This document shows, piece after piece, positions 50,254 through 60,864 of a stretch of 64,000 nucleotides of DNA (within the stretch, counting starts at the first letter, position 1; each line of letters begins with the position of its first letter). The notes below the pieces were generated by a model. It was not told the origin of the DNA, searched no databases, and saw only the letters and a list, made by a program, of their open reading frames with translations. Both the position numbers and the translations under genes were made by a program. Location of the stretch: positions 1 to 64,000 of the forward strand of contig JALJEE010002208.1 in NCBI GenBank assembly GCA_023231475.1, given 5' to 3'. The DNA is from Seison nebaliae (taxonomy: Eukaryota).

Positions 50254-52477
50254 TATCATCATCATTCAAATCTTTTTCATCATCTTCATCATCCTCATCA
50301 TCATCAAATGATGATATTTTGAATCGTTCAATAATATTATTGAGAATTGGACGATCACTCAATTTTTCGAAAATATGAATATTTGAATTCATTAAATTAT
50401 TTCGAAGAAATCTCTTCAAACGATTCGCTCCATTTTTGGCGGTCGTCCGATGGATATGACGATCGATTCGATTCTTCAAATTCTTCACGATCTTCTCCCA
50501 TTCTTCGTCATTACGCTCGTCGGAAAATTGATCGACATAATTATGTTCAAGTGAATCGAGAAGAGAATATAATTGTTTTGGTAGAATGTCGGATTTGATG
50601 GAGAGCATCATTCCTCGACATGTTTCTTCGATGAAATTGTGGAAATATGATTCGGAAATGGGAATAGCAGAATGCCATGGCTGAATTTGTGCACATGTAT
50701 TCATCAATTTCAAATGAGAGATTTGATTATCAAGTGAGAGACATGACGATGTATCGAGAACAATATCAGGAACATAAATTCGTTGTCGATATCGATTATG
50801 ATCGTCACTAATGGCGATTTCATTCATATTGTTCGACATTTTATTTTTCCTTCGATTTCGACTATTTGATTGATCGGATGAAATTCGTTTCTTATTTTGT
50901 GTCGAACTCAATTTTGGCGTTATAACTGGCGACGACGAATCGGATGATGATGTGACGGACATATCTTTCTTCTCACCATCTGACGAGATTAGAACGTCAT
51001 TCGGTAAGAAAGTGGAAGAGGATTCGCTCACGATTTGTTCGTCTAGAAAATTCGGATTTTGTGATGAAGATAAATGTCGTCGTTTCTTCTTATCATCACC
51101 AATGATGGCACGACATTCATCCAACAAATTCCAATGTTGATGAATGAGAATCTCCTGTAAATTATAATCGATATGATCAGTAATACAATTCAATGTTTGG
51201 ACAACTCGATTATTAAAAATGAATTTATTAGTCAAACGTCCAAATAACAATGAATAATTGGAGACTAATGGATATGTCAATGTAAAACGGAATTGACCAA
51301 CATTCAAATTAATGAAAGGACGACATGGATAACCCGTTTCACAAACTCGATTATATAATTTATGTTGGAGAATTGTGGTGAGTGTGGAACGATAATGTTT
51401 TCCATGTTCCCGTCTCAAATAATAATATCCACAATTGCACAATTGTTCATAGACTAATGTGAGTTCACGAGCGATTCTCGTGTGCGATAATAAAAAAAAA
51501 TTCTTCAAAGTATCTCGAACATTCTGCGAACAATTCTTATAATTCGTACAACGATTCTCCACATTCCTTATAGATTCGATTTGAGTATACAAATAACTGA
51601 GAGACGCTTCATTCTCCGTTAATGAGTCGAGTAAATCACAAGCGATATTCGTGTAGATGTGAAGGAGACAATCAGGAATGACAGATCTCAAAATGAAGAA
51701 AATCGCTACCGATGTCTCATCTTTCTTTAACTTTTTCGAACGTCCTAGACAATAAGCGTCTTCTATTTTCATTATCATCTTCTCATTCTTCGGCCATTGC
51801 ATCAACATTTGAACGAAATTTTTTTGACTAATATTTACGATCTCTCCACTATTAGAAATGAGACATTTGTCGTCATTTATCACTTGATGTTTCAAACTTT
51901 TTGGTTGAGTTTTAAAAAATTTCTGCAAATAAACTCCGCGACTTAAAGTGGATTTCCAATGAAGTGGAAATTGAGTAGACGTCTCCGGATTATTCCGACA
52001 CGACATTCCCACGTTCACCATCGGAAACGATTTGGCGAATGGTTGACAAAGTGAGAGAGATTTCTTCGTCGATTTCGATGGAGTGGAGATGGAGGAGGTA
52101 GATGATAATGTTAAAAAAGATGATGGCGGTTCAGGAACATTAACGACGAACCATTCGTTGTCTTCGCCCGTCGGATAGAGTGGCCATTTGTAAAGAAGTT
52201 CAGGACAATTATTCTTATCTTCAAATAACATCAAAATGGCGACCGGATCTTCGATATTATCCACACATCCTGTACGCAAATTGGGAACTGTCAATGATCC
52301 AGGTCGACGAAATGTATAATTTCTCGTCGCCAATAAATCATATAAATCTTCATCGATATCTTCATAATATGGAAATGGTAATTGACTATCGACTATGGAG
52401 AAATTATGATATTTCGTTGCTGTCAATAATAATTGTAATCGATTTAACATCGACGATTTTCTATTATCATTCTTCAT
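48617..52477 (-). CDS. NPRL3: GATOR1 subunit NPRL3-like, intronless and expanded
   Basis: Colinear NPRL3-like blocks: PVAILML..LLYKWP, IFFILR..LTENEASLSYL, RIARELTLVYEQLCNCG, IQPWHSAI, VDWLLQTRFLIPLNEYVY. Confidence 0.72.
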
Positions 52478-52837
52478 CTTCCTAAAACCATAACTTGTGA
52501 TGATGATGAATGAAATTCAAGAAGAATTTAATTAAACTCAATATTTGAATTATCAAATATTTTCCTTCTTTTTATTTATTATATTATTCGTCGACCATCG
52601 TCCGTCGTCTATTATCGTCAGAACGCAGAAAAGCATTTCTGTCAATAATTAGACTAATCATTCGAATAGAAATTAAACATTTATCATGTTTTTTTTAGAA
52701 TTATTTTGAAGAAAAATTTTCATTGGAATTAAAATTACTCAATATTAAATTTATCAATAAATAAATTTGTTTGCAAGAATGATATTGGAAATATTGTAAA
52801 TTAAATATAATAAAAAAAATCTAATTTGGATTAAAAG

Positions 52838-53518
52838 ATGAAACATATTTTTATATTTTTCATGATATCAGTTCAACTGATTCATGGGAAGAAGAAAGAA
52901 GAAGAAACATTTCATAGTTCCAGATGTTGTTGTATATGTCCCGCCTTACAAGAATCGCGTAACATCTTTGTAGGAAATACAAATTTAACATCATGTAATT
53001 GTCCAAATGTCGTTCTCCCACAACTCAACCATCCCAATACCACAGACAAACGAACATTATGTGCACTTTGTGATTGTCGTTATGAGACGAGATCGATGAA
53101 AACCATCAAAGTTTCCGTCGCTTTATTCCTCTTTTGTTGTACATCGTTATTGGCCTATATGATCTTCCTTCTCTTCATCGAACCATTCATGGCGATCGAA
53201 GAACGAAAGCATGCTAGATCTTATTTGCAGAATGTAATTGCTGCTGTTCATCGCATTTTCGGCAATGAAGTCAACGAACAACGACAACATCTCATTAATC
53301 AGATCGATGATGCTTATCATTCGACGAGTCAACCTCAATTATCAAATACAAATCAATCCACTTCTTCTCACTTCAACAACAATAACAACAACGAGAACGA
53401 TAAGATGATTAATAATATGGGAAATAATCCAAAGAGAATTATTAAGAGAATGCATTCGAAAACTGAACAATGGAAGAGTCACGTCGACGATCAACGTCAA
53501 TCAGTTTATCAACAATAA
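52838..53518 (+). CDS. TMEM9: TMEM9-family single-pass membrane protein
   Basis: Signal peptide, SRCCCICP, CNCPNVV, CDCRYETRS..TIKV, TM LLAYMIFLLFIEP, C-terminal WKSHVDDQRQSVY. Confidence 0.9.
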   Translation: MKHIFIFFMISVQLIHGKKKEEETFHSSRCCCICPALQESRNIFVGNTNLTSCNCPNVVLPQLNHPNTTDKRTLCALCDCRYETRSMKTIKVSVALFLFCCTSLLAYMIFLLFIEPFMAIEERKHARSYLQNVIAAVHRIFGNEVNEQRQHLINQIDDAYHSTSQPQLSNTNQSTSSHFNNNNNNENDKMINNMGNNPKRIIKRMHSKTEQWKSHVDDQRQSVYQQ

Positions 53519-53604
53519 AATACTCGTCATTTCTTATTGTCTGTCCTGTTTCAATCCGTCTTGTTCTTATCATTATTTTCTTTTTTAAATTTACAATAAA
53601 CATT

Positions 53605-54736
53605 TTATTTCATCTTCTCAAACTGCATTCTCTTCATATATTCGTACACACCAAAATAGATGTATCCACCCAAACTCATCCAACTGACGCGAGGTAAAAC
53701 GCCACTAAAAAATCTACTTGGAAAAAAAAAATTTGAAAAATTTTAAAAAAAAATTTTTTATTATCACAAATATTTTTGGAGAAATATTTACGAACTTTGT
53801 TGGTCCGTGTTGGTTGTATATTCGAAGAGAAGTAGTTCCAATTCCTTTAGTTTTCCTGCTCTAATATCAATCGAAGTTGAAATGGAAATAAAAAGAAAAA
53901 AGAAACTTTGTTTAACATAATTTGAGTTTTTATGACATCGAGTGGTGTTGTAATTGCTGCGGCAATCGCTCCTGCCATCGACCCACAAAGTGCGTTGTAT
54001 GTTGGAGATTGAGATTGGAAGACTTGTTTGAAATATTCCCATAACGGATATTGAATCATTGCAAATGGAACATCCCGAAATATGGTAATAAAGAAGCCAC
54101 GATAGAATGATGAGAAACCCTGTCAATTGAAATGACAGAGAAGAGAATGAAAGTAAATTAACATTCTCTTTATAACAGAAACGAATTGCTTGTTTCACTG
54201 ATGAATGTTGTTTGGCTTGTACTCGTTGTTTAATGACTTCAGAAGGTACTCGAATTAGACAAGCCATCTTTCTAATGTCGAATGAGATGAAATAAGTCAA
54301 TATAATAATGAAAAGAATTATTAATTTGATAACTATTTCTCCGAAAGAAGCTGAAATTATATGTTGAGGTATTTCCGATTTTATTACCGTCGAATGATTC
54401 ACGAACATTCTCTTCATTGATTCATAACTGAAAAAAAAAATCGCAGCTAAATGTCATTTTTTCTTATTTGAACTTCTCCTAAAAATGTCAATGGTAAACC
54501 GTTTGGAGCACTGCCCAAGAGAATTGAAGGAAGACCAGAATACAAAGACCGAAATCCACCAGCCGAACGGAATCCTTTCTCACTTTGTAATCGAGTTTTT
54601 AACGTATCTAATGGATATAACGACACATCAACAAATACACCAGCAGTTGCTCCACTCTGTTCTCATTGAGATTAATAGTCGAATGAAAATAATTGTTAAC
54701 AATTAGTGGATTTATTGACGTGCTACTTAAAGTCAT
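53605..54736 (-). CDS. SLC25A26: Mitochondrial S-adenosylmethionine carrier, 7 exons
   Basis: Spliced: [120 protein letters not shown]. Six GTT introns. Confidence 0.94.
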
Positions 54737-55140
54737 ATTTTCTTATCTTCTGTTCAAATTGAACTCATTCATTTCATAATAAGCGATCAGTTTAAATTCC
54801 ATTCAAATCATTGGAACATTATTCAATTCTTCAAACTTTTTTTTTGGAACATTTCAAATTACATAATTTTCGCTTATCGAAATAAAAAGTAATAAAATAT
54901 TTCACGTTACAATATAGATTTTTTTTCATAAAATTATCGCACAATTTCTCGGTTCTGGAACATGGACGAATCGTTAAAGGTTCGGTAATAAAATAGATTT
55001 TTTCCGTTATCATTCTCAATCAGTCATAATCATATTGTCAGTATATTCCAATTCAATATATATTCCAAAATCTTTTCCGTCCAATTAATTAATTCAAGTG
55101 ATCTCGAATTTTCTCGCGTTAAAAATAGAAAAATATATTC

Positions 55141-55212
55141 AGGTCCTACCGAGATTCGAACTCGGGTCGCTGGATTCAAAGTCCAGAGTGCTCACCGCTA
55201 CACCATAGAACC
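55141..55212 (-). tRNA. tRNA-Gln (TTG)
   Basis: GGTTCTATGGTGTAGCGGTGAGCACTCTGGACTTTGAATCCAGCGACCCGAGTTCGAATCTCGGTAGGACCT; cloverleaf, anticodon TTG. Confidence 0.96.
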
Positions 55213-55499
55213 ACATGGATAAGATACGAAAAAGCATTATATTTCGTCGAATTTCTCGTTATAACCTCATGAAAATAATCGTTATGTTCAATTAGTTAAT
55301 GCCCTAATATTAGTTCCATGATGAAATGATGAATATCGTCAAAATTTAGAGACAATTGACTTAAATTTTTTTTTAGATATTAAATGTAGATGTGAAGTTA
55401 GAAACATTTTACTATATATAATATATGAACTGCACCAATCATCATTCCTATGAGATGTCTAGTCTTTGATATTGTCTAAAGGTTCATTCACTTTTCCAA

Positions 55500-55766
55500 G
55501 CATTGCCAATATTGGAACCTTTGAATTATGTAACTAATCAATTTACGTGGTCCTTCGCATATGGAAAAAATGTCTTTACTACGTTCTTGATAGTTCTCTT
55601 TCAGATAGGATTGATAATTTAAATAATAAATATGATCTATCTACTTTTTTAGGCATTACCAATATTGGAACCTTTCAATCATATCGTTAATCAATTTAAA
55701 TGGCCCATCGCGAATGGAAAAAGTGATTTTCCAACGTTCTTGATAGTTCTCTTTCAGAGAGCATTG
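55500..55766. repeat. Imperfect direct duplication of about 114 bp (period 153 bp)
   Basis: 55500-55613 and 55653-55766 share gcatt.ccaatattggaaccttt..aatcaattta..atggaaaaa..acgttcttgatagttctctttcaga. Confidence 0.85.
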
Positions 55767-56210
55767 TTTCATCGAATTTTACAATGAAGCACTTTGTATT
55801 GGCTTCGCAATGGTCCAAGTCCTTCCGACGAAGTCGCCATGAGTCCAGAAATGTTAACTCCATATCATTCAAATATTCTTGCAACCATGCTTAGAGTCGT
55901 ATTGGCAATACTATATTGACGACACTCACTTATTCGTAATCGTTTTCCATTAAACCATCATGTACCGAATTTTCATTTCTTTCTTCAGCTGAACATTTTC
56001 CTCCAGAATTAAATTCAATTTTAATTCGATTGAAACAAGTTCAGTCTTCTCCATTGATTCCGTGCACGCCCTTTTTATAGTGGATGGAGTGCACGATCTT
56101 TGAACCAAATGGCCTTCTCTTTCGCCTTTTGTTAACTGATTCATTAGTGATAGTTCGAGGATTGTTATTCTGCATAGGTGGATAGGATAGATCGGATTTA
56201 CCTGTACCAT
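55656..56210 (-). pseudogene. Decayed ORF, possibly a non-LTR retroelement ORF1-like remnant
   Basis: Coiled-coil segment (IELKLNLILEENVQLKKEM) then LQEYLNDMELTFLDSWRL..TKCFIVKF, broken by stops and frameshifts; 3' part duplicated. Confidence 0.35.
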
Positions 56211-56743
56211 GCGTGATCGCTCATTTTCCTAACTTCCTAATAGAAATTTCTGTTTTTTTAAAAGAATAAATTGCAGCATGAATTATTTATTTCCTTTAGT
56301 TGAGAGAGAACTAAAACAATATTGATATAAACCTAGAGAATTGATAAATAGAGATGATTTTTGTTCATAAGAATGTGAACGTAATTCGGCAATTTATTCG
56401 ACTTTTGTGAAAATTTCGGAATAAACTTTTTTCGATTGGGAGAAAAATGTGGATGAGAAAACTTTCTTTCCTGAAATTAAATTATTCAATTAAGATTAGG
56501 TGAAATTTGTTATAAGTGTGAAATGAAAGATAGATAAATCTCAAAATATTAGGATATGAAATATATCAGTTGGCGTCATCGTAGACGTTATTAAATTCTC
56601 AATAATTAATTTCAATGAGATATCTTTCAGTTCTTATGACAAACAGTTTTATGATTTTCAAGTTGATTTTCGGGGAATGTATGCATTAAAATAAATATTC
56701 ATCTTAATTTAGATAAATTGGGAATGTTCCGTCATTTCCATTA

Positions 56744-57210
56744 TTAGTTAACTGACGGTGGATCTCGGTCGTCTCTGTCGTTCTCCTATTTTAATAATTA
56801 TTAATAATTATAAAATGATCGAAAAAGTAAACCGAAGATATGACTGGCTTCTCTGGTACATCAGTAGCTTGTCGTCGTAAGTTACTGGGACGTAAATAGA
56901 ATAAACCGAACGCCACAAACAACCAGATAACAGCAATTAGAATTGTCGATGTTAGATTGCCGTTGTTTGGTGGTACTGGCAATTGATTTTCACCTGTAGA
57001 TTTTCAATGAGATTATAGAACAATAAAAAACAAAAGCAAAAATAACCAGGTGTGAAGCATTGGGAATCAGTACAAGAATTCTGAGCATCTCTCACCTAAT
57101 GAGAAAGTAGAAGAATAAAAAGAATGAAAATGAACCATATTCAGCAGTCGTTGAATAGCTCCGTTACGACCCATAATACACTCGCATATATCGTCGGTAG
57201 AATAGTCCAT
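56744..57210 (-). CDS. SMIM14: Small integral membrane protein 14, 4 exons
   Basis: Spliced: MDYSTDDICECIMGRNGAIQRLLNMVRDAQNSCTDSQCF..LIAVIWLFVAFGLFYLRPSNLR..DPPSVN. Three GTT introns. Confidence 0.9.
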
Positions 57211-58146
57211 GTTTGAAATGAAATCAAAGGGAAAATATGAAAAGTAATACGATCTTGTCTTTTACCAATTGGATTTTTAGATTTAATCGCTTCTAGATGT
57301 CTTATCTAGTTATGCGCGGGAAAAAAATCGAACCAAATTATAATTCTTATTTTACACTTTCACTTATGCTTTTCTTCTATTTTTATAATTCGGAGACTTT
57401 ATATAGATAGGACTTATCTCCAATTTCCCTATCGATATTGTCATTTCCTCAAAATAAACAAATCCCATTCAATTTATCAGAGAATAGTCGAACATTCTCT
57501 CTTAGAAATTGAAGCTTCATATCCTTTCGCATTTCCCGATTTTTCTCCCCAAAAAAACCAATCAGTAACAAATGAACAAATTTAATTATTTTATAGCGAT
57601 ATCTTTTATGAACCCATTATATCTTATCTCGTTATAAATAATGTATTTTATGAAATTTATATAAATTACATAATTATGTTCATTCACTTGTCTTTCATAC
57701 TATAAGCACATAAAATAACAAATAACAAATATCAATATAAAAGTTATAATTGTTATAATAAAATAATACAAATCGGTTTCAATTAACTACTTTCTTTTAC
57801 TTCATCCAAAATAATTACTTGTCAGAAACTAATTATGCTTATTTTGAATAGGAGATAAATAAAACTTTTCATGATCATTATTTACTTCTAAATTGATCTC
57901 CAACATTTCACTTCGAAAATAAACGGAAAGATTTGGAAATTTATCTGAAGTAGTTCTGTGAATATGATCCGTGAGTCCAAAGTGATAAGACTCGAGTCCT
58001 CCATACATTTTGGAAAAAAAAATCCAGACATGCTAAGAGTCCTATACATACAAGGCTCGAGCCAAGCTATTTGCCAGACTCATGCTTTGGCTCGAGTCCT
58101 TTCATGAATCGGAATCGATTCCGCTCTAAGTGACCATAGAAAAACA

Positions 58147-58238
58147 TAAGTTTTTCGCTAATTTTTGACTAAAAAGTATTATTTTAATAGTTTTTAGCAT
58201 TTTTAGTACTTTTTAGTCAAAAATTAATGAAAAACTTA
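58147..58238. repeat. Inverted repeat, 32-bp arms with 2 mismatches, 28-nt spacer
   Basis: taagtttttcgctaatttttgactaaaaagta (58147-58178) pairs with tactttttagtcaaaaattaatgaaaaactta (58207-58238). Confidence 0.85.
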
Positions 58239-58973
58239 AAAAATGTTTCTTATACTTTTATCCATAAAAAGAAGAATATCGACGTTATTGACATGAAATT
58301 TTAAACATAAGTTAAAAAATAGTAAACAATCAATTTGCGATCAATTTTATAAAAATCGATTCCAAATTAGGTACCGTTCAAAGATGAAATAATATGATAG
58401 ATACGAAGGTGTTTAAGAGTTTATTGAAAGAGTATAATAGAATTAGAGTAATCGGAAGGATTGAGTTTGAAATGATAATTTGAAGCATGGGGTTTGAATA
58501 TTTAATTATGAGGTAAAAACGGTTCGAAAAGGAAATCTATATTTATAGTAACGCGGTGGTAATTAATCAGTTTAGGAGATGGTTTGGTTCCAAACATCTT
58601 CTTTGAGGAAGATTGATTAATGTGTGTTTATTGGAAAACTGTTATGAAGTAGTGCTTAGGAAGTCATCAGGATTCCAGCTGATTTTGATGTTGATCTTAT
58701 CTTCACATGTTTATCATTAATCTCTCATCAGTTATAAACATACTTAAATTTAGAGAAAATTTATTCAATTAATTAAAGTTTTCCAGGTTTCCTTGATATT
58801 CACCTATCAAGCTCAAAAAAAAATGAAAAAATCTTTGTTTTCTTTTGGCTCCTCGGTGAAGAGTCGCTTCGGAAATTCTATCTACCAAATTCTCTTCACT
58901 GGTTGTGTGTCCACATGACTAAAATCGAAAAAACCGAAATTAACATATACTGAAGATGAGCCAAAAATTGTTC

Positions 58974-59044
58974 TGCACTGACCGGGAATCGAACCCGGGC
59001 CGCCCGCGTGGCAGGCGAGCATTCTACCACTGAACCATCAGTGC
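58974..59044 (-). tRNA. tRNA-Gly (GCC)
   Basis: GCACTGATGGTTCAGTGGTAGAATGCTCGCCTGCCACGCGGGCGGCCCGGGTTCGATTCCCGGTCAGTGCA, followed by a T5 Pol III terminator. Confidence 0.96.
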
Positions 59045-59275
59045 TTGAAGAAAATCATTAAAGGTTAAATTTATAGAATCAGATGGTTGTTGTAATAAAG
59101 TTATAATTCACATATCATATTCATTAGAATTCCTTATTCATTTTCTCAATTAGTTCATTGAAGTTTTATATTAACTAGAGAATAAACGATTGTTACGGAA
59201 TTCAATGATGATAACGAAAGAATTAATTGAATTAATGAATGAATTAGTAGATGTTTTAAGTAATAACTTAATCAC

Positions 59276-59587
59276 CTAAACAAAATGGACATGTACTGGA
59301 ATGGAATACTTTTTTATAAAAAAATTTCCGACCGATTTTGATCTAGTAGAATTAAAGATTTCTGTTGAGTTAGGAGTAGTATAATTATTTCCCACTGACG
59401 ATGATCGACGATTAAACGGTGGTACCTTTAGAAAATTATCATCAGGAGTAATGTTATTCAAATAAGACTCATAGTCATTTTCTACACTTTTCGGTTTGGT
59501 TTTTTTGCAATATCCATCCATCATGACGAATATGATGACTAATGTTAATATCAATAGTAAAAGTACCATCAGTGCCATAATAAACAT
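59276..59587 (-). CDS. Putative small single-pass membrane protein
   Basis: 103-aa ORF from ATG 59587: N-terminal hydrophobic stretch, CKKTK stop-transfer, RRSSS/RSKS tail. No homology recognised. Confidence 0.4.
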   Translation of the reverse strand: MFIMALMVLLLLILTLVIIFVMMDGYCKKTKPKSVENDYESYLNNITPDDNFLKVPPFNRRSSSVGNNYTTPNSTEIFNSTRSKSVGNFFIKKYSIPVHVHFV

Positions 59588-60044
59588 CTTCAGCAATTTA
59601 ATTTAATATAAATAATAATAATGGAAAGTAAAACTAATCAAATCAAAATTGAAACTGTTAAAAATTGAATAACAAATTCCGATTCATTATTTAATCATAT
59701 AATAATATGACGGAATTTGATTGGAAAGATATTTAGTTTCGTCAATAAATCGGATTTTAACAAACTTTTTTTAATCTTGACACTTAATTTTTGTTGATCG
59801 TTGTGATGAGGATTTATTCTGATTTATCACGATTCTGATTTTTTTTCTTGAAATTTTTAAAAAAAATTTAATAAATTTGAAAAATAAAAGTCGAACCGTT
59901 AACGATATTCCCAAATACTTTATATATTCCCTTTCAGAATTTATATCATTCATCAATAAAATTAATGAGGAGACTTCTAATTTACGAAAGATATTCAATT
60001 TCCATGAAGAAATGAAGGAAAATATCATTTGAATTCCATAATAC

Positions 60045-60573
60045 TTAATAAAGAGGTTCAGGTTCCGAATCATCTTCTTCCGTGTCAGAAGCATAATAAT
60101 ATTTAGTATAATCATCATTTTCTTCCTCACTCTCATCTTCGTTGTCACTTAATTCTGAATTATTTTCATCGGAAGAATCGGAGTTTATTGCCGTTTTCTT
60201 ATCTTTCTTCACATTTTTCGTTTTCTTCTTCTTCGTCCTCTTTCTGTTGCTTTCTTCTGATACGGCATTCGAAATCAATTCTTTAGGGAAATAATCGAGA
60301 ACTGAAAGGAATTTGAAGAAAATGAAAAAAAATATGAAAATCACTTTTCTTTATCGGAGTCTGTTCTTTTTGAATGTTCTGATCAATGAAAGGGAATTTA
60401 TTATCTTTCGGTATTTCGTATGGTAATGGATGTGCCAATAATCGTGGATATTCTCTTGGTGCTTCTTGGACACTCGTTTGTTGTAGTCTCCTCAAATCTT
60501 CTCTCGTCAAATTCAATAAATTCACATGAGTCGACGCAACTAATGAAGATTCGGCGCCACCTCTCTTTGACAT
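60045..60573 (-). CDS. RNA polymerase III subunit RPC7 (Rpc31/POLR3G)-like, 2 exons
   Basis: Intron 60302-60344 (GTG..CAG) gives 161 aa with APREYP..HPLP, DYFPKEL, a basic patch and the acidic tail EEENDDYTKYYY..EPLY typical of Rpc31. Confidence 0.65.
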
Positions 60574-60864
60574 TTTTCTCAAGAAAAATTCTTTTGAATT
60601 TCTTAAGAAATTTTCTTTAATAGCTTCTTATTTAAATTTTTATTTCAATATTCTTTTAACTATTCGAACGTTCCAGAAAGATAATTCGAAGTTTCCTAAA
60701 GCGATTTTTTTGAGAATAAATTAAATTTTTTTTTAGTTTCATTAAAATTACAAATAGAGAGAAGTGATAAAGTGATAAGAAAAAAGTTTTATAAATATAA
60801 ATAGTGAAAACAAAGTTCATTCGAGCGCTATCATTCATTCGTTGGAGTTGTTTCTATTATGGAA

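Noticed and set aside
3224..52485. Many 60-170 aa ORFs overlapping real genes (e.g. 3590-4093, 9208-9555, 35281-35682, 50131-50322)
   Set aside because: Antisense or shifted-frame shadows of low-complexity coding sequence.
56195..56260. ATTTACCTG..ACCATG resembling a U1 snRNA 5' end
   Set aside because: No U1 stem-loops, no U1A loop (ATTGCAC) and no convincing Sm site with a terminal hairpin; it lies within the decayed ORF.
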